A stretch of 60,627 bases of DNA. Origin: Candidatus Methylomirabilota bacterium (lineage in GTDB: Bacteria; Methylomirabilota; Methylomirabilia; Rokubacteriales; CSP1-6). Location of the stretch: NCBI GenBank assembly GCA_046723475.1, contig JBKOUQ010000037.1:1-60627 (forward strand). Direction: 5' to 3'. Position numbers and translations under genes: made by a program. This document shows positions 20,805-32,073 of this stretch, piece by piece. Numbering within the stretch: position 1 is the first letter of the stretch; the number at the start of each line of letters is the position of its first letter. The notes beneath the pieces were generated by a model. That model ran no database searches and was not told the DNA's origin. It was given only the letters and a program-made list of their open reading frames with translations.

Positions 20805-21614
20805 ATGTTCGCCTCTCCCGGTCCCATCGCGTTCCAGATCCCGCAGATCGGCGGCTTCGGGCCGCTCCCCGTGCGCTGGTACGGCATCCTCATGGCCACG
20901 GCGATCGTCGTAGGCCTCTGGTGGGGCCATCGTCAGGCGCGACGCGACGGCTTGCCGGCCGACGATCTCATCAGCGTGGGGCAGTGGGCGATCCTGGCGG
21001 GCCTCATCGGCGCTCGGGTCTACGAGGTGATCTTCAACTGGGATTACTACGGGCAATATCCCTCGAAGATTCCGGCGGTATGGGAGGGGGGCCTCGCGAT
21101 CCACGGCGGGCTGATCGTCGGCCCGCTCGTCGGCGTGTTGCTCGCATGGAAATGGCACGTGCCGGTCCTCCGCGGCCTCGACGTCACCGCGCCCGCGATC
21201 GCGATCGGGCAGGCGATCGGACGCTGGGGGAACTTCTTCAACGAAGAGGCGTTCGGCCGCCCGACGAACGTGCCATGGAAGCTGTTCATCTCACCGCCGC
21301 ACCGACCGCCGGGCTTGGGGCAATTCGAATACTTCCACCCGACGTTCCTCTACGAATCACTCTGGGACTTCGGCGTGTTCATCCTGCTGGTGACGTGGCT
21401 CAGGCCTCGGCTGCGCGCGCATCCCGGCGCGCTCTTCTTCTGCTACATCGGCCTTTACTCGATCGGCCGCTTCGCGATCGAGGCGTTGCGCCTGGACAGC
21501 TTCTGGCTCGGCAGCTTCCGCGTGCCGCAGCTGGCGAGCGTGGTCGGCGTGATCATCGCCGTGATCGGGCTCGCGTGGACGCGCCACCGCTCGAGCCCGG
21601 TGCACGTCAGCTGA
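20805..21614 (+). CDS. lgt: Prolipoprotein diacylglyceryl transferase
   Basis: VRWYG, GGLAIHGG, GRWGNFFNEEAFG, HPTFLYES. Confidence 0.97.
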   Translation: MFASPGPIAFQIPQIGGFGPLPVRWYGILMATAIVVGLWWGHRQARRDGLPADDLISVGQWAILAGLIGARVYEVIFNWDYYGQYPSKIPAVWEGGLAIHGGLIVGPLVGVLLAWKWHVPVLRGLDVTAPAIAIGQAIGRWGNFFNEEAFGRPTNVPWKLFISPPHRPPGLGQFEYFHPTFLYESLWDFGVFILLVTWLRPRLRAHPGALFFCYIGLYSIGRFAIEALRLDSFWLGSFRVPQLASVVGVIIAVIGLAWTRHRSSPVHVS

Positions 21615-21635
21615 GCGACTCGCCCGCGGTGCGCG

Positions 21636-23036
21636 ATGCACGTCGAGCAGATCGGACCGTACCTCTGGCGTATCCCGCCTGACGCCGCGCCCGGCATGCG
21701 GGTGCCCGGGCTCGTCGTCGCCGACGAGCCGCTCATGCGACAGATCCGCACCGATCTGGCACTCGCGCAGCTCGCCAACGCCACGACGCTGCCTGGTATC
21801 GTTCGCGCGGCGCTCGCGATGCCCGACATCCACCAGGGCTACGGCCTGCCCGTCGGCGGCGTCGTCGCGACCGACGTGCGCAGCGGTGTCGTGAGCCCGG
21901 GGGCGATCGGTTTCGACATCAACTGCGGCGTGCGCCTGCTGCGCACGGCGCTCGACGCCGCGGCCGTCGCACCGCGGCTGCCGGCGCTGGTCGACGCGCT
22001 GTACGCCGCGATCCCGACCGGCGTCGGCGGGCGAGGTGCCGTCAACCTCGACGCGCGCGAGCTCGTTCACGTGATGCGCGATGGCGCCGGCTGGGCGGTG
22101 GCGCACGGCCACGGCGCGCGAGGCGATCTCGCGGCCATCGAGTCGTCGGGAGCGATCGACGGCGCCGATCCCGACGCGGTATCGCAGCACGCCGCGGAGC
22201 GCGGCGTGCGCCAGCTCGGCTCGCTCGGCTCCGGCAATCACTTCCTCGAAGTGCAAATCGTCGACGAGGTATACGACGAGCCCGTCGCACAGCGCCTCGG
22301 CCTTCACCGCGGCGGCGTGACGCTGATGATCCACACGGGCTCGCGCGGTATCGGCCATCAGGTCTGCACGGACTTCGTGCGGGTGGCGGGCGCGGCCATG
22401 GCGCGCCACGGCATCAGCGTGCCCGACCGACAGCTTGCGTGTGCGCCGATCGATTCGCCCGAAGCGCGTGCGTACCTCGGCGCGATGCGCGCGGCGGCGA
22501 ACTTTGCGTTCGCCAACCGCCAGGTACTCGCCGAAGCCGCTCGCCGCGTGTTCGAGCGCGTGCTCGGCGTGACGCCGGCGGATCTCGGCATGGCGGTCGT
22601 GTACGACGTCGCCCACAACATCGCCAAGGAAGAACAGCATGACGTGGACGGCGCGCCGCGACGGCTGCTCGTGCATCGCAAGGGGGCGACGCGTGCGTTT
22701 GTCGGCCAGCCCGTCATCGTTCCCGGCGACATGGGCCGCTACTCGTTCGTGCTCGTCGGCACGCCGACGGCGATGAAGGAGACGTTCGGATCGACGTGCC
22801 ACGGCGCGGGCCGTGTGATGAGCCGCACGGCGGCCGTGAAGGCCGCGCGCGGACGACGCATCGCCGACGAGCTCGCGCAGCGAGGTGTCGTCGCACGCGC
22901 CGCCGGCCATCAGTCGCTGGCCGAGGAGATGCCCGAGGCGTACAAGGACGCCCAGCAGGTCGTGAACGTGGTGCACGGCTTCGGTATCTCGACGCGCGTG
23001 GCGCGCCTGCGGCCCCTCGGCGTGATCAAGGGCTGA
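21636..23036 (+). CDS. rtcB: RNA-splicing/repair ligase RtcB
   Basis: MPDIHQGYG, GFDINCG, GSGNHFLEVQ, HTGSRG, AHN, HRKGAT, HGAGR, PEAYK. Confidence 0.95.
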   Translation: MHVEQIGPYLWRIPPDAAPGMRVPGLVVADEPLMRQIRTDLALAQLANATTLPGIVRAALAMPDIHQGYGLPVGGVVATDVRSGVVSPGAIGFDINCGVRLLRTALDAAAVAPRLPALVDALYAAIPTGVGGRGAVNLDARELVHVMRDGAGWAVAHGHGARGDLAAIESSGAIDGADPDAVSQHAAERGVRQLGSLGSGNHFLEVQIVDEVYDEPVAQRLGLHRGGVTLMIHTGSRGIGHQVCTDFVRVAGAAMARHGISVPDRQLACAPIDSPEARAYLGAMRAAANFAFANRQVLAEAARRVFERVLGVTPADLGMAVVYDVAHNIAKEEQHDVDGAPRRLLVHRKGATRAFVGQPVIVPGDMGRYSFVLVGTPTAMKETFGSTCHGAGRVMSRTAAVKAARGRRIADELAQRGVVARAAGHQSLAEEMPEAYKDAQQVVNVVHGFGISTRVARLRPLGVIKG

Positions 23037-23045
23037 CGCCGCGCG

Positions 23046-23054
23046 TGGTAGACT
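23046..23054 (+). promoter_or_regulatory. Extended -10 (TGgTAGACT), probable leaderless promoter
   Basis: Ends 7 nt before ATG 23062; no SD. Confidence 0.55.
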
Positions 23055-23061
23055 GGTACGA

Positions 23062-24765
23062 ATGTCTTGGAAACTGAAGGAAAAAGCCCAGGCTCTGCTC
23101 GCCGCTGAGCAGGGCACGCTGTATCGCGACTGGGGTGGCCGGGTCTCGATCGCGCTCGTGTATCCAAATACGTACGCCGTCGGCATGTCGAACCTCGGCT
23201 TTCAGACGATCTATCGCCACCTCAACGCGCTGCCCGGCGTCGTCTGCGAGCGCGGCTTCATGCCGGAGGCCGCCGATCTCGACGAAATGCGGCGGACGTC
23301 GACGCCGCCGCTGTCGCTCGAGTCTCAGCGGCCGCTGACGGACTTTCAGCTCGTCGGCTTCTCGGTGACGTACGAGGGCGACTACATCAACGTGCTGCGC
23401 TTGCTGGACCTCGCGAAGATCCCGTTGCGCGCGGCGGCGCGCCGGCCCCACGATCCGCTTGTCCTCATGGGCGGCGTGTGCGCGTTCTCGAACCCCGAGC
23501 CGATAGCGCCGTTCATGGACTTCATCGTCGTCGGCGAGGGCGAAGAGCTCGTCGGCGAGCTCCTGGACGCATACCGCGCGGGGTATGCCGAGCGCGAGAC
23601 GTTCCTGGATCACCTCGTCGGCCTCCATGGCGTGTACGTCCCCGAGCGCCACCGCGTCGACTACGCACCGGACGGCACGATCGCGGAGGTGCGGCCCGAG
23701 CGTGGCGCGCCCGCGATCGTCGTCAAGCGCCGTCTCAAGCAGGTCGACGCCTTCCGCACCATCGCCGCAGTGAAGACGCCGAACGCGGAATACGGGCACA
23801 TGGCGCTACTCGAAGTCGGTAAGGGCTGTGGCCGCGGCTGCCGGTTCTGTCTAGAGGGTCAGGTGTATCGGCCCGTTCGACACCGTAGCGTTGCGGCGCT
23901 GCGCGACACGATCGTTGACCTGGCCGCGCAGGGCGAGAAGCGAATCGGGCTCGTCGGTGCGTGCGTCTCCGACTATCCATGGATCGGTGATCTGCTGAAA
24001 ATCGTCGAGGACAACGGCATGGAGCTGTCGATTTCGTCGCTCCGTGCCGACAGTCTGACCGACGACCTCGTCGCCTCGCTCGCGCGCGGCGGCCACCGCA
24101 CGCTGACGATGGCGCCCGAGGCGGGGACGGAGCGCCTGCGTCGGGCCATCCGCAAGGCGATCACCGACGAGCAGCTCATGGCCGCGTGCGACCTCGTGCG
24201 CGCGAACGGGATTCCGAACCTCAAGTGCTACTTCATGATCGGTCAGCCCACCGAGACGGCCGACGACGTGGCCGCGATCCCGGATCTCGCCCGGCGCATG
24301 CTCGAGCGGCTGCGCGTGCTCGACTCGAGCGGCAAGCCGTTCGGCAAGCTGACGCTGTCGATCTCGTCGTTCGTGCCCAAGCCGTGGACGCCGTTTCAGT
24401 GGGCGCCGTTCGCCGGCGTCGAGGCGCTGAACGCCAAGCTCGAGACGATCAAGCGCGGGGTGCGCGCATTGTCCAACGTTCGCGTGCTGCACGAGAATCC
24501 GCGGGAGGCCGCGCTGCAGGCCCTGCTGGCACGCGGCGACCGGCGCGTCGCCGATTTTCTCGAGCTCGCCGCGCGGCTGGACGGCGAGTGGCGGCGCGCA
24601 CTTCGCGAGTGGGACGGAGATCCGGACTTCTACACCACGCGCGCGCGCTCGCTAGACGAGCAGCTTCCGTGGGAGCACTTCGACGTCGGCGTGAAGAAAT
24701 CCGGCCTGGTGCGGGAGTGGGAGCGGACGTGGGCGGCCGAGCCCGCCCTGGTGGGCACGGCGTGA
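23062..24765 (+). CDS. Radical SAM protein with B12-binding-like N-terminal domain (TIGR03960-like)
   Basis: [21 protein letters not shown] (CxxxCxxC), [21 protein letters not shown]. Confidence 0.85.
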   Translation: MSWKLKEKAQALLAAEQGTLYRDWGGRVSIALVYPNTYAVGMSNLGFQTIYRHLNALPGVVCERGFMPEAADLDEMRRTSTPPLSLESQRPLTDFQLVGFSVTYEGDYINVLRLLDLAKIPLRAAARRPHDPLVLMGGVCAFSNPEPIAPFMDFIVVGEGEELVGELLDAYRAGYAERETFLDHLVGLHGVYVPERHRVDYAPDGTIAEVRPERGAPAIVVKRRLKQVDAFRTIAAVKTPNAEYGHMALLEVGKGCGRGCRFCLEGQVYRPVRHRSVAALRDTIVDLAAQGEKRIGLVGACVSDYPWIGDLLKIVEDNGMELSISSLRADSLTDDLVASLARGGHRTLTMAPEAGTERLRRAIRKAITDEQLMAACDLVRANGIPNLKCYFMIGQPTETADDVAAIPDLARRMLERLRVLDSSGKPFGKLTLSISSFVPKPWTPFQWAPFAGVEALNAKLETIKRGVRALSNVRVLHENPREAALQALLARGDRRVADFLELAARLDGEWRRALREWDGDPDFYTTRARSLDEQLPWEHFDVGVKKSGLVREWERTWAAEPALVGTA

Positions 24766-24770
24766 GCCGC

Positions 24771-25793
24771 ATGGCGCCGCTCGACACGCGCGGTCGCCCG
24801 CTGCGCAACCTGCGCATCTCCGTCACGGATCGCTGCAACCTGCGCTGCGCGTATTGCATGCCCGAAGAGGAATACGTGTGGCTGCCGCGCGAGGAGATCC
24901 TGCATTTCGAGGAGATCAGCCGTCTCGTCGACGTCTTCATCGATCTCGGCGTCGACAAGGTCCGGCTCACGGGCGGCGAGCCGTTGCTGCGCCGTGATCT
25001 GCCCGCGCTGATCCGGCAGCTCGCGGCCAAGCCGGGCCTGCGCGACCTCGCGATCACCAGCAACGGCGTGCTGCTGGCCGCCGAGGCCCCCGCGCTACGC
25101 GCCGCCGGTCTTCACCGCGTGACGGTCAGCCTCGACACGCTCCGCCCCGAGCGCTTCACCGCGCTCACACGGCGCCCGGCGCACGCGCAGGTGCTCGAGG
25201 GCATTGCCGCCGTCCCGCGCGCGGGCTTCACCGGGACCAAGCTCGACACCGTCGTCATGCGCGGCGTGAACGACGACGAGCTCGTCGACCTGATCGAGTA
25301 CGCGCGCCGCGTGCCCGCCGAAGTTCGCTTCATCGAGTACATGGACGTGGGTGGCGCGACGCGCTGGTCGCTCGACCAGGTCGTCAGCCGCGCGGAGATG
25401 CTCGAGCGGCTCGCGCGGCATTACGGCGCGATCGAGCCGGTGGTGGAGGAGTCCACCGCGCCCGCCGACCGCTTCCGGCTGCGCGACGGCACCGTCTTCG
25501 GCATCATCTCGTCGACCACGGCCCCGTTTTGTGCCGAATGCGACCGCAGTCGGCTGACCGCCGACGGCCTCTGGTATCTGTGCCTCTACGCCATGCGCGG
25601 CATCGACTTGCGCGGACCGTTGCGCGGCGGCGCGTCCGACGCGCAGCTCAAGGCGCTCATCACGGGTGGGTGGACGGCGCGCACCGAACGCGGTGCCGAA
25701 GACCGGCTGGCGCTCGGCCAGCGCACACCGCTGCTCCAGGTGGGTGGCTTGCGGCGGGATCCGCATCTCGAGATGCACACGCGAGGAGGCTGA
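24771..25793 (+). CDS. moaA: GTP 3',8-cyclase MoaA
   Basis: [39 protein letters not shown]-terminal GG. Alternative GTG start at 24762. Confidence 0.96.
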   Translation: MAPLDTRGRPLRNLRISVTDRCNLRCAYCMPEEEYVWLPREEILHFEEISRLVDVFIDLGVDKVRLTGGEPLLRRDLPALIRQLAAKPGLRDLAITSNGVLLAAEAPALRAAGLHRVTVSLDTLRPERFTALTRRPAHAQVLEGIAAVPRAGFTGTKLDTVVMRGVNDDELVDLIEYARRVPAEVRFIEYMDVGGATRWSLDQVVSRAEMLERLARHYGAIEPVVEESTAPADRFRLRDGTVFGIISSTTAPFCAECDRSRLTADGLWYLCLYAMRGIDLRGPLRGGASDAQLKALITGGWTARTERGAEDRLALGQRTPLLQVGGLRRDPHLEMHTRGG

Positions 25794-26549
25794 GTGAGCG
25801 GCGCGCCCGGCGGCGGCAGCGAGTCCTCCGAGGTCAAGATCGACGTTCGCGAGCGCGGCGCCGGTGGCCAGCTCTCGGAGCGCCGGCTGTACATGCAGCT
25901 GCAGGTCTTCGGCGGCTGCGCGGATGCGAAGCCACTGGCCACCGCGCTCGAGGCGAGCGGGCTCCCGAGCGTGCTCTACCAGGACGTGAACGATCCGCGG
26001 GGCGTGGGCGTGCTGACGATGAGCGCGGATCCCGCGGCCTTCGTCGGCCAGTATCGCGATCTGTTCAACGCCGAGCCGTTTACGACGCTGCCGCTGCGCT
26101 CGGAGCTGACGATGCTCGGGCGGACGTATGCGTCGGGCTTCGAGCAGGATCTCGACGAGTGGCTCTTCCGCCGGCCGCGCCACACCGTGCTCAATCCGGC
26201 GTGGCCCTGGGCGATCTGGTATCCGCTACGGCGCGCCGGCGCGTTCGGCCGTCTGGCGCCGAAAGAGCAGGGCGAGATCATCCGCGAGCACTCGATTCTG
26301 GGACGCGCGTACGGAGACGCCGACCTGGCGCACGACGTGCGGCTCGCCTGTCATGGCCTCGACGTGCACGACAACGACTTCGTGATCGGGCTGATCGGCC
26401 GCGAGCTGCATCCGCTGTCGCACCTCGTGCAGACGATGCGCAAGACCGTCCAGACGTCGCAGTACCTCGCGACACTCGGTCCGTTTTTCGTCGGGCACGT
26501 GCGCTGGCAAAGCCTCGAGGCGCGACCTGAGACCGTGAAAACGAATTAG
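25794..26549 (+). CDS. Chlorite dismutase / coproheme decarboxylase (HemQ/ChdC) family protein
   Basis: WYPLRR, EH...GRAY, HGLD..DNDFVIGL, PFFVG. Confidence 0.8.
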   Translation: MSGAPGGGSESSEVKIDVRERGAGGQLSERRLYMQLQVFGGCADAKPLATALEASGLPSVLYQDVNDPRGVGVLTMSADPAAFVGQYRDLFNAEPFTTLPLRSELTMLGRTYASGFEQDLDEWLFRRPRHTVLNPAWPWAIWYPLRRAGAFGRLAPKEQGEIIREHSILGRAYGDADLAHDVRLACHGLDVHDNDFVIGLIGRELHPLSHLVQTMRKTVQTSQYLATLGPFFVGHVRWQSLEARPETVKTN

Positions 26550-26559
26550 ACCGACTCCG

Positions 26560-29500
26560 ATGCGGTGCCAGAGCTGTCACGCCGACAACCCTCCGGAGAA
26601 CCGGTTCTGCGATCAGTGCGGCGTCGCGCTCGCGATGCGCTGTCCGAGCTGCGGCACCACACTTCGGGCAGGGGCCCGCTTCTGCGGCTCGTGTGGCCAG
26701 CGCCTCGCTGAGGCGCCGGCGTCCGTGACCGCGGCACCGCCCGCGTCCCCGGCCTCGCCCGGTCCGGCCGCGGAGTACAGCCCATCGCGGGCGTCGTACA
26801 CGCCCAAGCATCTCGCCGACAAAATCCTCAAATCCCGGTCAGCGCTCGAAGGCGAGCGACGGCAGGTCACCGTGCTGTTCGCGGACGTCGCGGGATTCAC
26901 GACGCTGGCCGAGAAGCTCGATCCCGAAGAAGTTCATCGCATCATCGAGCGGTGCTTCGAGCTGATCACGGCCGAGGTCCACCGTTTCGAGGGAACCATC
27001 AACCAGTACACGGGCGACGGCGTCATGGCGTTGTTCGGCGCCCCCATCGCGCACGAGGACGGCCCGCGGCGAGCCGCGCACGCGGCCCTCGGCATCCAGC
27101 ACGCGTTGCGCGAGTACTCCCGCGAGCTCGAGGCCGCCGGCGATCGGGGATTGCAGATGCGCATCGGCCTGAACACGGGACCGGTGGTGGTCGGCCGCAT
27201 CGGCGACGATCTGCGGATGGACTACACGGCCGTTGGCGACACCACCAATCTCGCTGCGCGCATGCAGCAGATGGCCCGGCCCGGCAGCGTGCTGGCGAGC
27301 GAGGCCACACACAAGGTGATCGGTGGCTTTTTCGAGACGCTCGACCTCGGCGAGGTGCCGGTGAAGGGGCACGCGCCGATCCGGGCCTTCGAAGTCCTCA
27401 GGGCCCGCGGACGCAAGGCGCGACTCGACGTCGCCGCGGAGCGCGGCCTCACGCCCTTCATCGGCCGGGAGCGGGAGCTGGGCGCGCTGAAGGAATTGTT
27501 CCGTGACGTGAAAGCGGGGCATGGCCAGGTCGCTTTCGTTACCGGCGACGCCGGCATCGGGAAATCACGACTTCTGCTCGAGTTCCGCCGCGAGCTCGGG
27601 GCCGCGGGTGAGGACGTGACCTGGCTGGAGGGACGCTGCATCTCGTTCGGACAGTCGATTCCGTTCCTGCCCCTGATCGACCAGCTCCGCGACAATTTCC
27701 GCATCGAAGAATTCGACGGCGAGCCCGAGATCATCGCGAAGATCGAGCACGGCATGCGACGTCTTGGGCAGCTCGACGCGCACATCCCGTATCTTCGTCA
27801 TCTCCTCTCCGTGGACCCCGGCGAGCCGGCGGTGTCCGCCATGGACGCGGCCGTCCGCCGCAAGAGAGTGCTGGAGGCGAACCGCGCGCTCGCCCTCCGC
27901 GGCGCTACGTTCCGGCCGATCGTCTTCGTGTTCGAGGATTTGCATTGGGTCGATACGAGCACCGAGGAGTATCTGAGCCTCTTGATGGACTCCGTCGCGA
28001 GTGTGCCGATCCTGGTCGTATTGACGTACCGGGTGGGCTACACGCCTCCGTTCGGGAGCCGAAGCTTCTATACGACGATTACGCTGCGCAGCCTGACCGA
28101 GGGCGAGGCGGCGACGATGGCCAGCCGAATGCTCGGCGCCGACCAGTTCCCGGCTGAGCTACGGACGGCGCTGATGGACAAAGCGGAAGGCGTGCCGCTC
28201 TTCGTCGAGGAAGTGACCAAAACGCTGCTCGATCTCGGCATTCTCCGGCGCGACAACGGCGGCTATCGCCTCGTGAAAGGCCTGTCGGAAGTCAGCGTGC
28301 CGGACACGATTCACGGCATCATCATGGCGCGCCTGGATCGTCTTGGGGAGGACGGCAAGCGAACGGTCCAGCTCGCATCGGTCATCGGCCGACAGTTCTT
28401 GAGACGGCTGCTCGAGCGGGTTGCCGGGTTGACCGGACAGCTCGAGGGCCTGCTCGGCGAGCTGAAGGCGCTGGAGATCATCTACGAGCAAGGTCTCGTG
28501 GCGGAGCCCGCCTACATTTTCAAGCACGCCGTCATTCAGGACGTGGCGTATCAGAGCCTGCTCAAAGAGCGCCGCAAGGATCTGCACCGCTCAGTGGGAC
28601 GCGCGATCGAGGAGCTGTATCCGGACCGCCTGGCCGATCATTACGAGGAGCTCGCCCATCACTTCGTGAACGGGGAAGAGTGGGGCAAGGCCTTCGAGTA
28701 CCTCGTGCGGTCCGCTGACAAAGCCAAAGACGCCTATGCCAATCACGTCGCCCTCGATTTCTACGCGAAGGCGCGCGACGTGGGGCGTCGCGCCAGCGCG
28801 CGTGTCGCGGCGTCTCAACGCATCGATGTCCATCGGCGCCGAGGTCTCGTGTGGTTGCTGCTGAATCAGCACGCCGAGGCGGTTGCGGAGCTGGAGCAGA
28901 TGCTCACGCTCGCCCGCGAGTCGTCGGACCGGCTGGCCGAGGGCGATGCGTTCGCCGATCTCGCGCACGTGTACTGGACGACGTTCTCCACGGAGCACGT
29001 CCCCGACGCACGCCGATGCGCGGAGGCCGCGCTCTCGATCGCGAAGGAAACGGGCGACCAGCGAGTGCTCGCGAAGAGCCTCACATACCTCGGCCTGCTC
29101 GACCAGGTGACCGGCGATCTCGCGGAGGCCGACCGCAAGCTCGAGCAGTCCCTGCACCTGGCCGAGGCGGGCGGATTCCGGGACACGATGGCGCAGAGCC
29201 AGACGTGGCTCGGCGCGCACGCCAACTGGCGCGGAGATTTTCGCAAGGCGCTCGTGCTGTTTCGAAATGCGGAGCGAAACGCTGCCGACGTCCACGACGG
29301 CTTTCAGGAGCTCTTCGCCATCGCCTTCAGCGGCCTCGCCCACATCGGCCTCGGACAGTATCGAGAGGCGGTCGCGGTGATCGACGACGGACTGGCGAAG
29401 GCGCAGGACCGCAACAACACGTACATGATCGGCCGGCTCCAGAACACGCAGGGCTGGCTCCACCAGGAGCTCGGCGATTTCAGACGGGCGGCCGAGTTCG

Positions 29501-30123
29501 ATCGAGAAGCCGTCGAGCTCGGACAGAAGGCGAAGAACCCGAACGCCGAGATCAGCGCGCTCATCAATCTGGGCCTGGACTACTTGAATCTCGGCGAGCC
29601 GCAGCGAGCGCTCACGCTTCTCGAAGACACGATGACGAGGGTCGAGAAGGAGGCGTTCGGCGCACATACCTGGCGGTGGGCGATCCACCTCGCGACGTAC
29701 ATTGCCGAGACCCTCGTGACCATGGGACAGCCCGATGCGGCGCTGATCCACGTGGACAACGCGCTGGCGCGGGCCCGCCCGACACATTCGACGAAATACG
29801 TCGCGAAGTGTCACGCGCTGCGAGGCCAGATCGCGCTGCAGGCGCGCGACTGGAGCCGGGCGGAGACCGATCTTCGAGAAGCCTTGTCACTCGCTCGGAA
29901 AATCGCGTACCCCACGCTGACGTGGCAGGCCGCCCATCTTCTCGCCTGCGCCCAGGCTGGCCAGAACAACATGGACGAGGCGGCGACGACCGGTCGGCTC
30001 GCCGCCGACACGATTCAGATCGTGGCGGCGCAGGCGCCCGACGATGCGACCAGGCGAACGTTGCTGGCGTGGCCGCGCGCGCAGGCGGCGATGGAAGACC
30101 TGGAGCGCATCCGACGCGCGTGA
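26560..30123 (+). CDS. Double zinc ribbon + class III adenylate/guanylate cyclase + AAA/STAND ATPase + TPR protein
   Basis: Four CxxC motifs, TVLFADVAGFT, GDGVMALFG, GDTTNLAAR, GDAGIGKS Walker A, EDLHW, helical repeats. Confidence 0.92.
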   Translation: MRCQSCHADNPPENRFCDQCGVALAMRCPSCGTTLRAGARFCGSCGQRLAEAPASVTAAPPASPASPGPAAEYSPSRASYTPKHLADKILKSRSALEGERRQVTVLFADVAGFTTLAEKLDPEEVHRIIERCFELITAEVHRFEGTINQYTGDGVMALFGAPIAHEDGPRRAAHAALGIQHALREYSRELEAAGDRGLQMRIGLNTGPVVVGRIGDDLRMDYTAVGDTTNLAARMQQMARPGSVLASEATHKVIGGFFETLDLGEVPVKGHAPIRAFEVLRARGRKARLDVAAERGLTPFIGRERELGALKELFRDVKAGHGQVAFVTGDAGIGKSRLLLEFRRELGAAGEDVTWLEGRCISFGQSIPFLPLIDQLRDNFRIEEFDGEPEIIAKIEHGMRRLGQLDAHIPYLRHLLSVDPGEPAVSAMDAAVRRKRVLEANRALALRGATFRPIVFVFEDLHWVDTSTEEYLSLLMDSVASVPILVVLTYRVGYTPPFGSRSFYTTITLRSLTEGEAATMASRMLGADQFPAELRTALMDKAEGVPLFVEEVTKTLLDLGILRRDNGGYRLVKGLSEVSVPDTIHGIIMARLDRLGEDGKRTVQLASVIGRQFLRRLLERVAGLTGQLEGLLGELKALEIIYEQGLVAEPAYIFKHAVIQDVAYQSLLKERRKDLHRSVGRAIEELYPDRLADHYEELAHHFVNGEEWGKAFEYLVRSADKAKDAYANHVALDFYAKARDVGRRASARVAASQRIDVHRRRGLVWLLLNQHAEAVAELEQMLTLARESSDRLAEGDAFADLAHVYWTTFSTEHVPDARRCAEAALSIAKETGDQRVLAKSLTYLGLLDQVTGDLAEADRKLEQSLHLAEAGGFRDTMAQSQTWLGAHANWRGDFRKALVLFRNAERNAADVHDGFQELFAIAFSGLAHIGLGQYREAVAVIDDGLAKAQDRNNTYMIGRLQNTQGWLHQELGDFRRAAEFDREAVELGQKAKNPNAEISALINLGLDYLNLGEPQRALTLLEDTMTRVEKEAFGAHTWRWAIHLATYIAETLVTMGQPDAALIHVDNALARARPTHSTKYVAKCHALRGQIALQARDWSRAETDLREALSLARKIAYPTLTWQAAHLLACAQAGQNNMDEAATTGRLAADTIQIVAAQAPDDATRRTLLAWPRAQAAMEDLERIRRA

Positions 30124-30136
30124 GGCGCGGCGGGGC

Positions 30137-30628
30137 TCAGCCGCTCCGACGCCGCCACGCGGCGACGTTGTCGGCGATCTGCCGCGCGTGAATCTCCAGA
30201 TGATCGGCGTAGATCGACAGCCACTGGTCAGCCCCGTAGCGGCCGGACTCGGTGTGGCGGCCGACGCGCGCCCACGTGGCCTCCGGGAGCCTACGCAGCA
30301 GCGCGGCCGTGTTGGCGCGCACGGCCACGACGGTCGCCAGCGCGAGGTCGAGCGGGTGCGCATGGTAGTCGAGCTCGCGCGCCCACACCTCCTGATCGTA
30401 GCCCTGGATGACGGGCTCCTTGTCACAGGCGAGGACTCGGATGCGCGAGGCCGCCTGGGTCTCGGAGTCCGCGCAATGCACAACCACCTCGTGAGCCGAC
30501 CATTCGGCCGGAGCGGGACGCCACTGCAGCGCCTCGGCGGGAACCGTCGCGAGTGCCTCTCGAAGCACACGCGGTCCGTCGGCATAGCGTGCGATCAGCG
30601 TCGCGCGTTCCGCCGGCGTCGCTGCCAT
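30137..30628 (-). CDS. DinB/YfiT family protein
   Basis: WSAHEVVVHCADSE, YDQE.W, HLEIHARQI; ATG 30628 overlaps the gltD stop. Confidence 0.85.
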   Translation of the reverse strand: MAATPAERATLIARYADGPRVLREALATVPAEALQWRPAPAEWSAHEVVVHCADSETQAASRIRVLACDKEPVIQGYDQEVWARELDYHAHPLDLALATVVAVRANTAALLRRLPEATWARVGRHTESGRYGADQWLSIYADHLEIHARQIADNVAAWRRRSG

Positions 30629-32073
30629 CACGCCAGTGGCGCGGGCAGGTCCGACCGCCCCATCAAGTACGCATCCACGCCGCGCGCGCAGGAGCGGCCC
30701 TCGGCAATCGCCCACACGATCAGCGACTGGCCGCGCTGCATGTCGCCGCACGTGAACACGCCGGGCACGCTCGTCATCCAGTTCGCGTCGCGGCCCACGT
30801 TCCCTCGATCGGTCAGCGCCACGCCGAGGTCACCCAGCATGCCGGTCTTCTCCGGCCCGACGAAGCCCATGGCGAGCAGCACCAGATCGACGTCGAGGGT
30901 GAACGTGCTGCCCGGCACCGGCTTGAATTCCAGACGCCCGCCGTCGCGCACCATGTCGACCTTGACCGCCTCGAGCTTCTGCACCCGGCCGCCGTCGCCG
31001 ACGAACCGCTGGGTCGACACGGCGTAGACGCGCTCGCCGCCTTCCTCATGGGCTGACGACACCCGGAAGATGTTCGGCCACTGCGGCCACGGATTGTCGA
31101 GCGCGCGCGTATCGGGCGGACGCGGCAGCAGCTCGAACTGATGCACGGACGCCGCGCCCTGCCGGTGCACGGTGCCGAGACAGTCCGCGCCGGTGTCGCC
31201 GCCGCCGATGATGACGACACGCTTGCCCCGCGCGCTGATGAACTCCTCCTCGGCAATCGCGTCGCCCTCGCATCGCTTGTTGGACAGCGTGAGGTAGTCC
31301 ATCGCGAAGTAAATGCCGCCGAGCTCACGACCGGGGATCGGCAGGTCCCGCGGCGCGCACGCGCCACCCGCGAGGACGATGGCGTCGAAGTCGCGACGCA
31401 AATCGGCCACCGGCAGGTTCACGCCGACGTGGGCGTTGGTTTGAAACACGACGCCCTCCTTCTCCATCAGCGCCAGTCGCCGGTCCAGATGGCGCTTCTC
31501 CATCTTGAACTCGGGAATGCCGTAGCGGAGCAGTCCGCCCACGCGGTCGGCGCGCTCGAACACGATGACGGAATGGCCGGCGCGATTGAGCTGCTGCGCG
31601 GCGGCGAGACCGGCCGGCCCCGAGCCGACGATCGCGACCTTCTTCCCGGTCCGCACGCCGGGCGGCTCGGGCACGACCCAGCCGTGCTCGAACGCGTGGT
31701 CGATGATCGAGACTTCGATGGCCTTGATCGTCACGGGCTCGTCGTTGATCCCGAGCACGCAGGAGCCCTCGCAGGGCGCTGGGCACAGCCGACCGGTGAA
31801 CTCGGGAAAGTTGTTCGTCGCGTGCAGGCGCTCGATGGCGTCCCGCCAGCGGTCCTTGTAGACGAGGTCGTTCCAGTCGGGAATCAGATTCCCGAGCGGG
31901 CAGCCCTGGTGGCAGAACGGAACGCCGCAATCCATGCAGCGCGCGCCCTGCTTTTTGAGGTCCTCGTGCGGGAAGGGGAGATAGACCTCCTTCCAGTCAC
32001 GGACGCGCTCGGCGACCGGCCGCGTCGCCCACTTCTTGCGCTGGATCTCGAGAAAGCCGGTGGCCTTACCCAC
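30628..32073 (-). CDS. gltD: Glutamate synthase small subunit
   Basis: [49 protein letters not shown]. Confidence 0.97.
   Translation of the reverse strand: MGKATGFLEIQRKKWATRPVAERVRDWKEVYLPFPHEDLKKQGARCMDCGVPFCHQGCPLGNLIPDWNDLVYKDRWRDAIERLHATNNFPEFTGRLCPAPCEGSCVLGINDEPVTIKAIEVSIIDHAFEHGWVVPEPPGVRTGKKVAIVGSGPAGLAAAQQLNRAGHSVIVFERADRVGGLLRYGIPEFKMEKRHLDRRLALMEKEGVVFQTNAHVGVNLPVADLRRDFDAIVLAGGACAPRDLPIPGRELGGIYFAMDYLTLSNKRCEGDAIAEEEFISARGKRVVIIGGGDTGADCLGTVHRQGAASVHQFELLPRPPDTRALDNPWPQWPNIFRVSSAHEEGGERVYAVSTQRFVGDGGRVQKLEAVKVDMVRDGGRLEFKPVPGSTFTLDVDLVLLAMGFVGPEKTGMLGDLGVALTDRGNVGRDANWMTSVPGVFTCGDMQRGQSLIVWAIAEGRSCARGVDAYLMGRSDLPAPLA

Noticed and set aside
26560-30123. Cyclase-STAND-TPR protein as an anti-phage (Avs/Pycsar-like) system
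   Set aside because: This is a widespread signalling architecture; no effector gene or defence-island context is visible.
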